Positions 24,150 through 37,506 of a stretch of DNA of 64,000 nt are shown here, piece by piece. The stretch comes from Octopus sinensis (lineage: Eukaryota), in the NCBI RefSeq assembly GCF_006345805.1, contig NC_042997.1:201252001-201316000 (forward strand). The letters are read 5' to 3'. Numbering within the stretch: the stretch's first letter is position 1; each line of letters starts with the position of its first letter. The notes beneath the pieces are model-generated. The model did no database searches, had not been told where the DNA came from, and saw only the letters and a program-made list of their open reading frames with translations. The translations under genes and the position numbers were made by a program.

Positions 24150-26520
24150 GTACATTTTCATCGTTTATTTTGTGGTAGTAGCAAATATTCAAAATAGACC
24201 TTCGAAGACCACAGTACAGAAGGGTTCTGTGCCAACGGCAGTCAAGCATAGGTTAGTTGGTCCTAAATCATGAGAAAAAAAAGAAATATTTTAAATTTTC
24301 CATTTGCACAGATATCTGGATGTTCACTGCATGGGACATTCCTAAGTGATGAATCCCTAATTTGTTGTTTATGCACATCTACACGCCTGGTCAGCTTCCT
24401 TCCTGTCTCTCCAATTATTTTTCATTGTATTGTGGGTTGTGATGCAGTAGATGAGGTTTTTTTGTTTTGCAATTCATGTTTGCACTCACTTTTAATTCCT
24501 TCCCATTTTTGAAGTTTTAGTCGTCCCTTGCCCAATTAATTCACATGTCCCACAGCGTGGGTTTCCACAGTTGGTTACTTGCATTGTTTCTTTTTCAAAT
24601 GTGAATCTCGCCTTAGTTAGGAGTCTCTTGGGGTTTGATGGTTGTCTTCGACTGTTGATGATTTGTGATTTTTTAATTATTCGTTGGAGATTTGGTGATT
24701 GATGTAGAATTGGGAAATATTGTTTGGCTGAGTGCAGGATGTTGTGGTTTCTAGGATTGTGGATGACTACAAATGGAATATTTTTATTTGTATTTTTATT
24801 TTTACACCTAACTTGAGTGTTTCTCCATAAGGTAGAGATCGGGATGGGATTTCCTTTGCTTTTGGTATGGCCTGTTGAATTAACTTGGGATATTTTTTGT
24901 TTATGAAGGAATATATTAGGTTATGTCAGTCATTTCTCTCATCTAACAGTATCTGCGTCTATTGAGCATATGTGCCTTGGCATATTAAATGGTATGTCCC
25001 TTTTTTTGTATGGGAAGGGTGACAAGATCTCAAATCTAAATATTGGTGTATGTCTGCGTTCTTATAGTAAAGGTCCATTGTAACTGTCTTATTTTCTTTA
25101 ATTATAAGGATGTCCAGAAAGGGGACTTCCTTTTCATTCATTTCTACAGTGAATTGGATTGAGACATGAATGCTATTTATTAATTTAAGAAATTTTGTTA
25201 GGTCCCGCTTACTTCACTTCCAAAATATGAAGCAGTCATCAAAAAATATTCTCCAGTTTCCTATAAAAGTAGTTCTTGATAGGGTGTAGATCTTTACACT
25301 TAGGTATCCTATTACTAGTATGGCAAAAGTTGGTGTGACTTTCGTCACCATTGCGGTGCCTTGTATTTGTACATAATACTGATTATCAAAGAAGTAGTTG
25401 TTTTCTAGTACTATTTGTAAACCTTTAAGTATAAATTCTGTTGAGAATCTTTCCTGAATTCTTTGTGGGTGTTTGATTATACATAATTCTACTACCTCTA
25501 GTTCATATATATGGGGGATATTTGTGTAGAGACTAGTTATGTCAAAACTAACTAATACTATCTCTTTATCTATCCATTCTGGGATATGGCTTAAGAAGTC
25601 CATGTTATCTTTGATGAAACTGGGAACTAATCTGCATAAAGTTTTTAAAATTATATCCAACAAGTTGCTTAATATTTGGGTATTGGATGCTGTGCCTGCA
25701 ACAATTGGATGCAATTTAAGATTAGTTGGTTTGGGAATCTTTATATATGGAGAATGGAGGTCTTTTAAGCTGTTGTTGATCTGTTTGGAATTATGGATTT
25801 TAGGAAATGCATAAAAATTACTTGTTTTCACTTCAAAATTCTTTTCTTGTTAAGTCATCCTTGAATTTGCTGATAAATTCACCAATTTTGCTCATAATTC
25901 TTTTATCAACATTGCAATCTAGTTTTCTGTAGAATTGCTGGTCATTGAGTTGTTCTAAGACCATTTATCTAAAATGGATCTTATCCATTATTACAATGGC
26001 TCCTCCTTTCTCAGTTTCTTTAATGACTATGATAATTAATATTATCTACAAATACAAGGCACTGCAATGGGGACGAAAGTCACACCAACTTTTGCCATAC
26101 TAATAATGGTATATCTAGATGTAGACATTGTAATGATTTTTGTTCCTCATCTGTAATATTTAGAATGTTTGAGTTAGAAGACCTTTTCGGGTATTTTGTA
26201 TAATCCTCTAGGTGTTTATATTCATCGGAGGTTTAAAACCTGTTTTGTTCTGTACAAGTGCTGGATTATCGCTATGATTGTTTTGAAAGAATTCCCACAG
26301 GCGCAGTTTTCTGCAAGATTCCTCGGTACCTTTTATAAGGTCTGTTGTGTTGGGTTTAGGCGTTGGTGTGAATTTTAGACTATATTGTAGAATTTTTGTT
26401 TCACTTACCATAAGATTCCATCATGAGAGGTTGATTATTTTTGGGGTCAGTTGGTCATGCGTGTAGATTTGTTTGTGTTTGTACCCTCCTACCACAATTT
26501 GACAGCAAGTGTTGTTTTGT
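24150..26520 (-). pseudogene. Near-complete degenerate Penelope-like element (RT plus GIY-YIG)
   Basis: FYAFPKIH, LHPIVAG, VSFDITSLYTNIP, QGTAM, FFDDCFIFW, VPFLDI, SCHPSH and C-terminal HKQQIRD...CSEHPDIC. Confidence 0.85.
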
Positions 26521-27509
26521 TTACATTCCTTTTACTTTGATGCTTCACAAATGAAGCTGACAGATTTGGTATGAGACTTTAACAAAAATATAAGAAATGG
26601 GGTCCATTTGTTTTACTAAACTTTCAGGGTGTTGCCCCATCATGGCTACAGACCAATGACTGAAACTAGGAAAACACAAACGATAAAGATGACAATGATG
26701 ATGATGATGATGATGATAACAACAACAACAATTACAGCAATAATAATAATAGTTATGATAACAATAATAATTATGATTTATTTTATTTTATTTTATTATA
26801 TCAAATAAAAAAGTTGCAATATTGGGTAACAAACACACAAAAAAACAAATGTTAAGATATCTGAAATATCAAAAAAATCTTCTAAACCATTTCATATGTT
26901 CAAAGCATCTTCTAACATTTTATTGTATTTTATTGTATTCCATTTTTCCTTCCACTGAACGAAGAAACATCTTAACTCATAATATTTTGACATTATTTTC
27001 TATCATTTGTTTAAACGTTAAGAAACGAAAGAATTATTGACTAATAATACGAAGTGAAAAATAAATAATAAACAAAAGGATGATGTCCAACATTGCTCTC
27101 TATTATACATCAATTGATGTTTACTTAAAGTCTCTTCCAGATCAAATTTTCTTCAACCCATTTTTTTTCCGGATGATTGTGCATTGAGCTGAAAGACTAT
27201 AAATATTTATCTGGTGAAATGACATTATTTTTCCACATATGACACCCTTTGTAACCTTCAACAATACTAAATGTTATTCGTCGATGATTCAACTATCCAA
27301 TCTTTTATTAAGACCCTTCGTCTCTTTCATCTGAGACTTTAACTGAAATAAACCAAATCTTGCTTATTTTAATTTTTTTTGTTGTTGCTTGATGGTTTCA
27401 TTCATTGAACTGCAGCCTTATTGTGATAACACTTCTATGAACATTAGTCGTTAGTGATCAACCCTGGTACTTTTTTCAGACTGGTGCTTATTCTATTGAT
27501 ATCTACCTA

Positions 27510-27720
27510 TTGAAGTGCCTGATAAAGAAGTGGTAACTCAGGTTGTAGCAAATAGGAAACTGCTTTATGGAATAAGGGCTAACAAACTGCAATTTTTGAT
27601 TATGTGATGAGGAAAGAGGGCCTGCAGTGTTTAGTGAGGACCAGAAAGATTGGAGGAAAGGTTGGAGCAGAGGAAGAAGGTTGATATGAGTGTCAAGCTT
27701 GAATTGGTTGAATTGGTTGG
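27510..27720 (+). pseudogene. RTE-clade LINE 3' remnant
   Basis: FDYVMRKEGLQCLVRTRKIGGK resembles the RTE C-terminal GHVMR..GLE..V.TG.I.GKR. Confidence 0.5.
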
Positions 27721-28029
27721 AAGAAAGAAGCATTACACATCAGGAAGTAGAACTGTTGCAGGAAACAAAGAACAGATAATTGTGGCAGAACACGGTCGTC
27801 TGTGTTATACATTCTGGAAATGGCACCTAAAGAATGATTTAACAAACGGCAAAGTTACCTTTTGATGTAAAGGGATACAACTTGATAGAATATTTTATAC
27901 TGGCATACATGCATACATAGATACATACACACACACACGCACAAACACACTCACACACACACAAATACACATACACATGCACACACACTTTCACTCACTC
28001 ATATGCGCAGTTACCCATACACAATATGT

Positions 28030-28830
28030 GAACATTGCCAAACCATTTAATTTAACATTATGCCCAGTTGTTGCAGAACCAACATCAAACTCACAATCAA
28101 ACAATTTACTTGACATTATTTTGAAGCCATTATTCAAACTATTTTCTAGTTTCATCAGGGAAGATGTGCAGTTCCTAAATCCCATTCACGAAAGAGTAAA
28201 TATAGAGATGATCCAGGTTAGTTTTAATGTGACCATTTCCACATAAATATTCCACATGGATTAGGATTAAAAGTATTAGAATTCTGAATAGACAATTAGC
28301 TACAAGGAATTGTAGGGATTCCCAAAAGAATTCCTACTAGAAAGATTATAATTGATTATTGAAATCAATTACTTCCTTGATAACCAATATTACCTTCAAA
28401 TTAAAAGAAACAGCAAAGGGCACAGAAGTGGCACCCATGTTTCGAATGTTTCCAACACTACTGATGAGATTCTTAGAAGAAAAAATATCTCTTCGATTAC
28501 ATATCAGTATTTCCATTCCTATGTAATCGTAAACAAAAGATTCCTGGATGATTGCTTAATATTTGGAGTAAATGTAAGGATGACCTAACATAATACCTGA
28601 AATTTACAAATAGCGTTCGCCTCAGAAATTAACAAAAGGGAAACTACCTTCTCTGGGCATTTTAGGAATTAAGAAAAGAAAGACTATTTAAAACTGATCT
28701 CTACTGCAAGGATACTATTTCTTAGATGAAAACGGAATTTCAAAATATCTAAAATAAGAAGAAAAATAGTAATTATTAAAGGTGGAAGGATTTTTATTCA
28801 GAACTCTAAATCCAAAATTAAAGGTGAAAT
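28030..28830 (+). pseudogene. Penelope-like RT remnant
   Basis: LCPVVAEP...LLDIILKP...SFIRED, NYFLDNQYYLQIK, FLDDCLIF; related to 25214-25831. Confidence 0.7.
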
Positions 28831-29065
28831 GGTGAAAACCACAAATAAAAGCAGTTATTTTGATTATTTCTCTATGAATTACCTTATAACATGCTTTCGT
28901 TTGAAAAACTGAAAACAACAAAAAGTGTTTACACAAAAGAAAGTCCTTTCCTTATGTCTGTGTTTACTTGCACTTTTTGAAAAGTTTTTTATATCTAATA
29001 AACAATTTTGATACGATGAAATGTTTTTCTAACTATTGAAACTATATAAAAAAATCTTTCCATAA

Positions 29066-29300
29066 ATTTCACATACATACATACAAGATACATACATGCA
29101 TACATACACATACACGTACATACTTACATGCATGCATACGTACATACATACATACATACATAATACAGGCATGCATACATACGTACATACATGCATACAA
29201 ACATACATACATATAAACATACATACATGCACATACACATGCATACAAACATACATATATGCATCCCTGCACGCATACATTCATCCATACATACCTACGT
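29066..29300. repeat. (ATAC)n microsatellite
   Basis: Seen directly. Confidence 0.9.
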
Positions 29301-29436
29301 GCTAAGCACTCATTCTCACTTTCCACAACTATCGTGTGTGTATGTTCATGCTATGCACATTACCAGAAACTTTTGACTAACTTTTCAGTTAAACATATAT
29401 ATATACATATGTATACAGATTTTAGTAGGTAGGTTC

Positions 29437-29715
29437 AGACCCGAGGCTGAAGCAGGATGTTCATGCAGGGGTTACAGAACTTGTCCACCAAATGGCCACT
29501 GCAATACGGAAACAGTTGTTTACGAGGCAGAAGTAACAGCAACTGGACCCAATGGACAACCGAGCATGTGGAAGTATGTGGGGACAAAGGAAGGCCCCTT
29601 AAAACTAAAAGGAGTGAAGCCTCAGCGTTTGTACAGCACGGCTCTAAGAGATGGCCACTCTGATATAAAACCATATATGCAGGGAATGGTATTGGACATC
29701 TTTTGGGTCTTTTGA
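29437..29715 (+). pseudogene. Penelope-like GIY-YIG endonuclease fragment
   Basis: Open frame without ATG, GCSCRGYRTCPPNGHCNTETVVYEAEV...WKYVGTKEGPLK, fits CxCR..CPLxGxC..VVY..YIG. Confidence 0.65.
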
Positions 29716-29798
29716 TTGCGCTTGAGATCATGTTGTTCCCACATTACCGAGCCAGTGCATACATTGATTTATAGAGGCAGGCAGATGTACATACATAC

Positions 29799-29961
<163 letters not shown>

Positions 29962-30159
29962 TGGCACATGACTTCGATGTTCGGCAGATTTTTTTTCTCC
30001 ATCTTCCTTTTCTCTTGGACTTTCCTCTGTCTCCTATTTCTGAAGAAGAGCTTTCTTCGAAACGTAAAACACTTTTTCTTTCCTTCCCTGAGTGTCTTAT
30101 TAATACTTTGCATGTACCACGTCCTCACGTTGTTGTTTTTTTCTTGTGTTTTTTCTCTG

Positions 30160-30201
<42 letters not shown>

Positions 30202-30339
30202 GCCGAACCTAAAAGATTACTTGGAGATACTTGGCATGTTATTTAAATCCACCAGCTTATTACATCTGTAAAGCAGGAGCCTATTTGTAACTTTTTGTAA
30301 ATTGTGTATATTTGTGTATATTAAATGATACATACATAT

Positions 30340-30632
30340 ATATTCTTTTATTCATTTCAGCCATTTGACTGCGGCCATACTAGAGCACCACCCCAGGACC
30401 TATTCTTGTAAGCCTAGTACTTATTCTATTGGTCTCTTTTGCCGAACCGCAAATTTACGGGGACGTAAACACACCAGCATCGCTTGTCAAGTGATGGCGG
30501 GGGAACATACAAACACACTAACATACACACGCACTCGCTCACACACGCACACACATATACACACGCACACACACACACACACGCATATATATACGACGGG
30601 TATCTTTCAGTTTCCGTCTATCAAATCTACTC

Positions 30633-30635
<3 letters not shown>
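30340..30635 (-). mobile_element. SINE family A, 5'-truncated
   Basis: Aligns with the 3' two thirds of family A. Confidence 0.75.
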
Positions 30636-30678
<43 letters not shown>

Positions 30679-31149
30679 CATGCATCTATATATACATGTG
30701 TGTATGTGTGTGTGTAACTATTGTGTATGCGTTTCTGTCTGTGTGCAGATGCAATTTTCATCAACATCTTCCAAGGCACGTCTCAAACGTTGATTCCATT
30801 CAAATGGTACCAATAATTTATTTCCTGTGCTATATAGAGTCGAGCTTGTTAGATGTTATGCGAAGAAATATCCGATATTTTTTTTCGAAAAATTGGTTTA
30901 AACCGAAACTTGGAATTTTTGATCTTGTATGGATCTATGAGCAACTCTTTACAGCCAGTTCCATTGACTATTTTCGTGCGTCCACGCATTTCAAAGATGA
31001 CTTTTATCCATAAATTCATCCATTTTTAGCAGCCACTATTCCTAGGAGGTTTCAGGGGTTAGATTTCTCAGTCACTTCCTCAATAGGGTCCTATTAGAAG
31101 GGACCATCATTAAAATTTCCGGAAGGATCTCCAAGTATGACAAACTGAG

Positions 31150-31470
31150 AATATAAATGTCATCCTGCCATCTCCTTCTTGTTCTACCCCTACGCTGCCC
31201 GATGTTTGGTTTGATTTGGTGTGAAGTATGTCTCGCAAGCCTTTGCTGCGAGATTCTCATCACGTGTCCTTAGGACTGGTACCATGACCTCTAAACGCAA
31301 TGAAGTTGCGGCTCGACTTAGACGGATCCCTTCATCTCTGAGCAATGTTCCGCGCCGTCAAGTAACAGTACTTCAGAGATCCTTCAGCAGAACTCCGGGT
31401 CGACCTTTTGTGTTGGCATCTACACCTATCTGGCCAGTTCACAACATTTATGACGTTAAGTGAAGATGAT
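31150..31470 (-). pseudogene. RTE-like LINE 3' remnant
   Basis: QRRGRTRRRWQDDI resembles the RTE terminal RGRP..RW.D.I motif. Confidence 0.45.
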
Positions 31471-31617
31471 TTTCATAGAATTTTATTTAAAATAAAAGCA
31501 TGATATGCTTTTTTCAGCTTCACTTTTTGCTTAACGAATCAACGACACGAAATTAGCAGCCTTCACCAGTGTATTACACTGACTGGCGCATGCGCACGTG
31601 CAAGCACAAACGCATCG

Positions 31618-31678
31618 GATAACTGAAGAGATGGCGGCGTGGATTTCCACCTCAGCATCCGAAACTCGGAGTTTTATC
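31618..31678 (+). ncRNA. Minimal type I hammerhead ribozyme candidate (GUU cleavage triplet)
   Basis: GAUAA-CUGAAGA-GAUG...CAUC(C)-GAA-ACUCGGAGU-U-UUAUC; 5-bp stem I, near-palindromic stem III, one extra C at the base of stem II. Confidence 0.7.
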
Positions 31679-31710
31679 ATGGCTACCGAATAATTGTCAC
31701 ATATTACATT

Positions 31711-31741
<31 letters not shown>

Positions 31742-31974
31742 GGAAAAGAGTCAAGGTAGAGAATGCTAAGATAATTTTATAAAAAAACATTTTAGTACCG
31801 GTTTCGGTCATATCAACTTTAAGTATAGAAAACAATTAAATTTTGGAAAAATTAAAGGTTTTTAAAGAATATTTGCATGGTATTAAAATGCAAGTGGCAT
31901 TTTCCTTGTTTCTGCCTGTCTCTGTCTCTCTTGTTTACTCTTGTACCCCCCCCCCACACACACACACACATGCA

Positions 31975-32192
31975 CACATTGATTTCAAATTTTGGCAAAA
32001 GACCAACAAGTTCAGTGGTGGTGGCTAAGTGAATTAGATCGGCCCCAGCGTTTAACTGGTGCTTATTTTATCGATCCCGAAAGAATGAAGGGCAAAGTCG
32101 ACCTCGGCGGAATTTGAACTCAGAACATAAAGACGGACGAGATGCCGTAAAGCAGTTTGCTCGGCCTGCTAACAATACTGCCAGCTCGCCTT
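31975..32192 (-). mobile_element. SINE family C variant
   Basis: Head GGCGAGCTGGCAG and B box ttctgagttcaaattcc. Confidence 0.7.
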
Positions 32193-32268
32193 TATATATA
32201 GTTGTATATGAGTATATATAGTGTTTGTACACGCAAGCACATACACACACATATGTATACACATATAC

Positions 32269-32686
32269 GTGGAGGCGCAATGGCTCCGTGGTTAGAGCAG
32301 CGGATCGTGGTTTCGATTCCGAGACCGGGCGTTGTGATTGTTTATTGAGTGAAAACACCTGAAGCTCCATGAGGCTCCGGCAGAGGGTAGTGGAAAACCC
32401 TGCTGTACTCTTTCACCACACCTTTCTCTCATTCTTTCTTCCTGTTTCTGTTGTACTCTTTCTTTCCAACAACTTTCTCTCACCCTTTCTTCTTTTTTTC
32501 TGTTGTACCTGTATTTCAAAGGGCCAGCCTTGTCACACTCTGTGTCACGCTGAATGTCCCTGAGAACTACAATAAAGGAACGACGTCTCTGGGGATTGCT
32601 CAGCCACTTACACGTTAATTTCACGAGCAGGCTGTTCTGTTGATCGGATCAACTGGAACCTTTGTCGTCGAAACCGACAGAGTACC
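32269..32686 (+). mobile_element. tRNA-derived SINE family B with 10-bp TSD
   Basis: Head GGAGGCGCAATGGC...GGTTTCGATTCC; TSD ACACATATAC at 32259-32268 and 32687-32696. Confidence 0.85.
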
Positions 32687-32715
32687 ACACATATACAAAA
32701 TACAAATATATACTA

Positions 32716-32878
32716 CAGACTTCCATCAGTTTCTATTTACCAAATTCACCGATAAGGTTTTGGTCAGCCCAGTGCCATAGCAGAATACACTTACCTAAAT
32801 TTCCACGCAGTGGAGCCGAGCCTAGACCCATGTGGTTTTGAAGTAAGCTTCTGACCACTTACCAACGCCTGCGCCACG
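32716..32878 (-). mobile_element. SINE family A head fragment
   Basis: Diverged family A 5' region. Confidence 0.6.
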
Positions 32879-32952
32879 TATATTCATAATGTCAAGCTTA
32901 TTATAATCTTTGAATGGACTCCGTTTTAGTCAGACTTGTCAACTAATGTTAT

Positions 32953-33150
32953 GAACAATTTCATGCAGACACATCAACTTTTCTCATGAACTAAGTTTTA
33001 TACAGACGCATTAATTATTTCCGTGAACCATGTCTTAAGCAGACACATTAATTATTCTGTTGAACAATGTTGCAGAGAGACACAAACCATTCTCATGAAC
33101 AATGTCTCATACAGGATACATTAATTATTCTCATGAGCAATACCTCATTA
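32953..33150. repeat. About 37-bp degenerate minisatellite, about 5-6 units
   Basis: gaacaatgtc...cagacacattaattattctcat repeated. Confidence 0.7.
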
Positions 33151-33759
33151 AGATATTTTTAATTTAGCTCATATTCTACATCTCATGGTATTATTCCCGC
33201 TCATAAACGTTCTTCGCTAACATGATCAATGTTTTAGGCAAGTAAAGTATAGTTTTGTAAGAATTTTCTTGTGTTGCTACGAGCTGCTTCTTTTCTGCTT
33301 TCAATTTTTGTTCAAGTTTTATGCCTCACATTTAGCTATGATACATTGCAATTGAACCATTTCACTGTGTGTAAATATATTTCGTCATCACCCTCTCCGT
33401 GTTTTTCCTGTATATCTAAATACAAGTCATCTTGTATTATCAGCCACACTGTTATTACTGATATATGTGTGTGTGTGAAAAACAAAACTTAAATGCTTTG
33501 AGAACCTTACCCTGGACTAAAGAAAATGAATATTCGGTGTTTTTATCTGCATATTTACTGAGTCCTATTTGTCTATATTCCCGTGTTTTAATTTGTGATC
33601 TATACAAAGTTATGTGTTGTGTTAAGAACACTCTGGTTTGCCCAATGTAGTTCCCTTAAAATCCTGAGCGTCTAACTGTTTTTAGATATATTTCTTCGTT
33701 TCAGATATATTTCTTCGTTTCAGATATATTTCTTCGTTTTGCGATATATTTCTTCATCT

Positions 33760-34430
33760 TGTCTTAGTTCTAAGATATTGAATTTCTTGGCTCGTTATAT
33801 TCTATTATCGATTAAGGATGGTGAGTATGTATCCTGTAATTCTTGAAGTCTTATGTTACGGGCGTTTTCATCAGGTAAAATTGTGCAGAACCTTTTGAAT
33901 AGGTTATAAGGGACAAGCACTGAGGTGTTGATCAGATGGCATGAATTGAATGCAAGATAATTGTTTGGAGTCTAGATTCATAGTAAATGTCCATCTTTGT
34001 TTGGTTATTGACATACCTTATTAGAATAGTTACAAATAGGAATTAATCTTGGCTATATTCCAAAGTGAATTGTATATTTTTGTTAATTCCATAAAGGAGT
34101 AGGTGGAATTATATTGCTTTCTGTATGTTTTCCTCAATCGTCGAAGTATACAGCTAGTTGTTTTTTTATAGATTTAAAACAAAGAGTTCGAATATTTTTG
34201 CGAGGATTTTTCGTACATCATAATCTCTAGATAGCTCAACACGATTTGCATAGGAGGGGACTGTTTTCGTCACCATCACAGTTCCAGATTTCTGTTGATA
34301 TAAGTTGTCATTAGACGCAAAGCAGTTATTCTCTGGAGAGAATTTTAGCCCTAGTATTATAAATTCATTTTCTATGTGTTGTAGATAAATTATCCAGCCA
34401 GAACTCAATGGCCTCAATTTCAAAATAGTG
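33760..34430 (-). pseudogene. Penelope-like RT remnant
   Basis: NNCFASNDNLYQQKSGTVMVTKTVPSYAN. Confidence 0.6.
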
Positions 34431-35193
34431 AAGGATATACATTATGTCCTCGTACATTACCCCTCGAAAGATGAAGAGCAATAACAACACTAAGGAAACT
34501 TTAACATAAATTCTGCTCTAGTTTCTTTATCATTCATAAAAATTAGTTAAATCCGTGCAACCCCCACAGTCGTTAATAACTACGACAGAGTAATTACTTT
34601 AACATGTATTTGTAAATTCAAAATTGTTTTAAAGTGATTTATCTCCTGATGGTGGTTGGAGGAGAAGGAAAATGAAAATATTTCATTTGATTTCAACATC
34701 AAATAATTATTATTAATAAAATAATTATTAATATTACATTAACTAAAAATACTATAATAATTAAAGATATTACAGTGATTCATAATATTAATACAATTGA
34801 CAATATAACAATTAGTAATATTACAATTATCATTAATAATACAATATTACAAACAATTATATATCAGCATAATTATTACATCACTGTATCATTAATATCA
34901 TCATCTCTAACTAACGATACCATAAATTTGCATCTTTGATGTAATACAGCCTTGTATACAATGTTTTTAACACGTTGCCTGCCACAGGATGTCGATATAA
35001 TCTGTTTCTATTTGCCAAAAGGGTTTTATTAATTTTCTCAAATCAAAAAGATGAAATATTTTGTGCGCGGTGGTATATAGGTACACAATACATGTAATTA
35101 CACTACAATGACGTGATACGAGTGATCTCATAGCAATGCAAAATGCTCAGATTGGTTTGCTACGAAGGCTTTGAGGGTATGTTATTCATTATT

Positions 35194-35428
35194 AAGGCGG
35201 CGAGCTGGCAGAAACGTTAGCACGCCGGGCGAAATGCTTAGCGGAAATTTGTCTGCCGCTACGTTCTGAGTTCAAATTCCCCCGAGGTCGACTTTGCCTG
35301 TCATCCTTTCGGGGTCGATAAATTAAGTACCAGTTACGCACTGGGATCGATGTAATCGACTTAATCCCTTTTTTTCTGTCCTTGTTTGTCCTCTCTATGT
35401 TTAGCCCCTTGGGGGTAGTAAAGAAATA
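35194..35428 (+). mobile_element. SINE family C with 18-bp TSD
   Basis: TSD GGTATGTTATTCATTATT at 35176-35193 and 35429-35446. Confidence 0.9.
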
Positions 35429-35974
35429 GGTATGTTATTCATTATTTGACCATGTCTCTTCATTGTATAATGTTTTCATTATGAACTCGCGGAAAATGAA
35501 CTATCGGAAGATGATATCTTAGAGTCAGAGAGTGAATACTTAGATGCTTTGGATAAAAATTATGTAGCAAATACCAGTGGAAGTAATACCAGTGAAGCTA
35601 GGTCTAGGGACGAAGATGAACAATTACTTGCTCGAGGTCGTAAGAGACAACGCAGTACTCCTGCACCAACTGCATCGACATCTAATATTTATACCTGATA
35701 TATATAGGTGTTTTACCAAATATATTTCTAGGTAGGTGCCATGATACGCGTTAACTCGTATCATTGAGCAAATAAAAGATTCTTTAGTGTTTCCACAACA
35801 CACTCACAATGTTAGTTCCAGACTCCAGTTCATTTTAAGTGTGTTACAATAAAATAGACCTCTACGAGTATGCTCCAACCTGGCAGATTTGCATAGATTG
35901 CCAACTACGAGTTATCTCGTAGTTGGCAGTCAACATGTTAATTCATGCTTTTTTTCTCTGTTTTCCATGCCTTT

Positions 35975-36341
35975 TGCCATTTTACTCGTCTCAATCATTA
36001 AACTGCGGCCATGCTAGAGTACCACCTTGCGGGATTTTAGTCGAACGAACCGACCAGAGTATATTTTTTTAAAGCCTGATGCTTATGATCTATCTGTCTT
36101 TTTTGCCGAACTGCAATGTTGCAGGGGACGTATACACAGCAGCACCGGTTGTCAAGCGGTGGGGATGGGGTAGACAAACAGGCACAAAGAAACACACACA
36201 CACACACACACACACACAATGGGCTTCTTTCAGTTTCCGTTTGCCAAATTCACTCACAAAGCTTTTGTCGGTTCAAGGCTATAATAAAAAATACTTGCGG
36301 TTTGGAAGCAAACTTGTTATCACATAGCCACGCATGCGCCT
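35975..36341 (-). mobile_element. SINE family A (diverged, internal deletion)
   Basis: Aligns with family A. Confidence 0.75.
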
Positions 36342-36384
36342 GTTGGTATTAACTACCCTAACAACAACAATAACAACAACAACG

Positions 36385-36550
36385 TGAAGGCGCAATGGCC
36401 CAGTGGTTAGGGCAGCGGACTCGCGGTCGTAAGAATGCGGTTTCGATTCCCAGACGGGGTATTGTGAGTGTTTATTGGGCAAAAATACCTAAGCTCCGCG
36501 AGGTTCCGGCGCGGAGGGGGGTGCCGCTGTACTCTTTCACCACAACTTTC
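36385..36550 (+). mobile_element. SINE family B, 3'-truncated
   Basis: Family B tRNA-like head. Confidence 0.75.
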
Positions 36551-36849
36551 TCTTCCTACTTTCTGCCACAAAGCAGAGGAACCATGGTGTAACCCACTAT
36601 GGTGTGGTAAACTTTCAGACCCTAGCCTGAATTGCGAATCCTCTGTACCCCAGGATGGTTCAGTTCTCCACCCGTTAAAAGCTACCGTTTACAGAATGAG
36701 GATAACAACGTACTTTTTGTACCCGTGCAACTGCCAGTCTATCGCGTGTGGTGGGTGGATCTTCAAGTTGCCACACGCATTCTTAGTAGCTTAGAGTAGG
36801 CTCGAATTAGAGATTATTCTTTGTGGCTAATAGCGTGAGTCCTGATTGG

Positions 36850-36930
36850 AAGAAGAAGAAGAAGAAGAAGAAGAAGAAGAAGAAGAAGAAGAAGAAGAAG
36901 AAGAAGAAGAAGAAGAAGAAGAAGAAGAAG
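36850..36930. repeat. (AAG)n microsatellite
   Basis: Seen directly. Confidence 0.95.
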
Positions 36931-37506
36931 ACAACAGCATCAGTACCATCACTTAATTTCCTAACCTTAGATAATGCAACATATAACGGTTCATGGCGAA
37001 ATTCGCCGCAAGAAAAGCAAATCTTTATCCTATTAATTGCTTTGGCCCTTCTACTTTATTAATTGTCATCACTCGTGCAACCACGTGTCGCCATTAATCT
37101 GAGTTCTTTGTAAAATAAAAGGTGAATTTGATTCACTAATTTCCAGTTTAATTCTAGGTATTAACGTTCTTCTGCCTGTCAAAGACCCACTTATTAACAA
37201 TCCTTCATTTTAATCACGATGCAATTTAACATTTTCTGCTCCAGTTCCTTTACAAAGCCCTCGCTAAATTGATGTGTTACTTAACGGCATTACAACCAAT
37301 CCTATTTTAAGATTTAATTTATTCTATGGCATTTCTGGTGGAGTAAATACGGTTAGTAATTCATATGTTGCATTCAAACTGTTTCAACTAAGCTAAAACA
37401 CGTCTGGATATTTCCCGGTTGTTGTTCGAAAGCCCTTTATTTTGTAGCAGTTAGCTTTCCTTGAGATTGTCTCGGGAGAGGTATTTGTTGACTGGTCTGT
37501 GGTGAT

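Noticed and set aside
31795-31812. Minus-strand GAAACCGGTAC, typical of PLE hammerhead stem III
   Set aside because: No CUGANGA core upstream.
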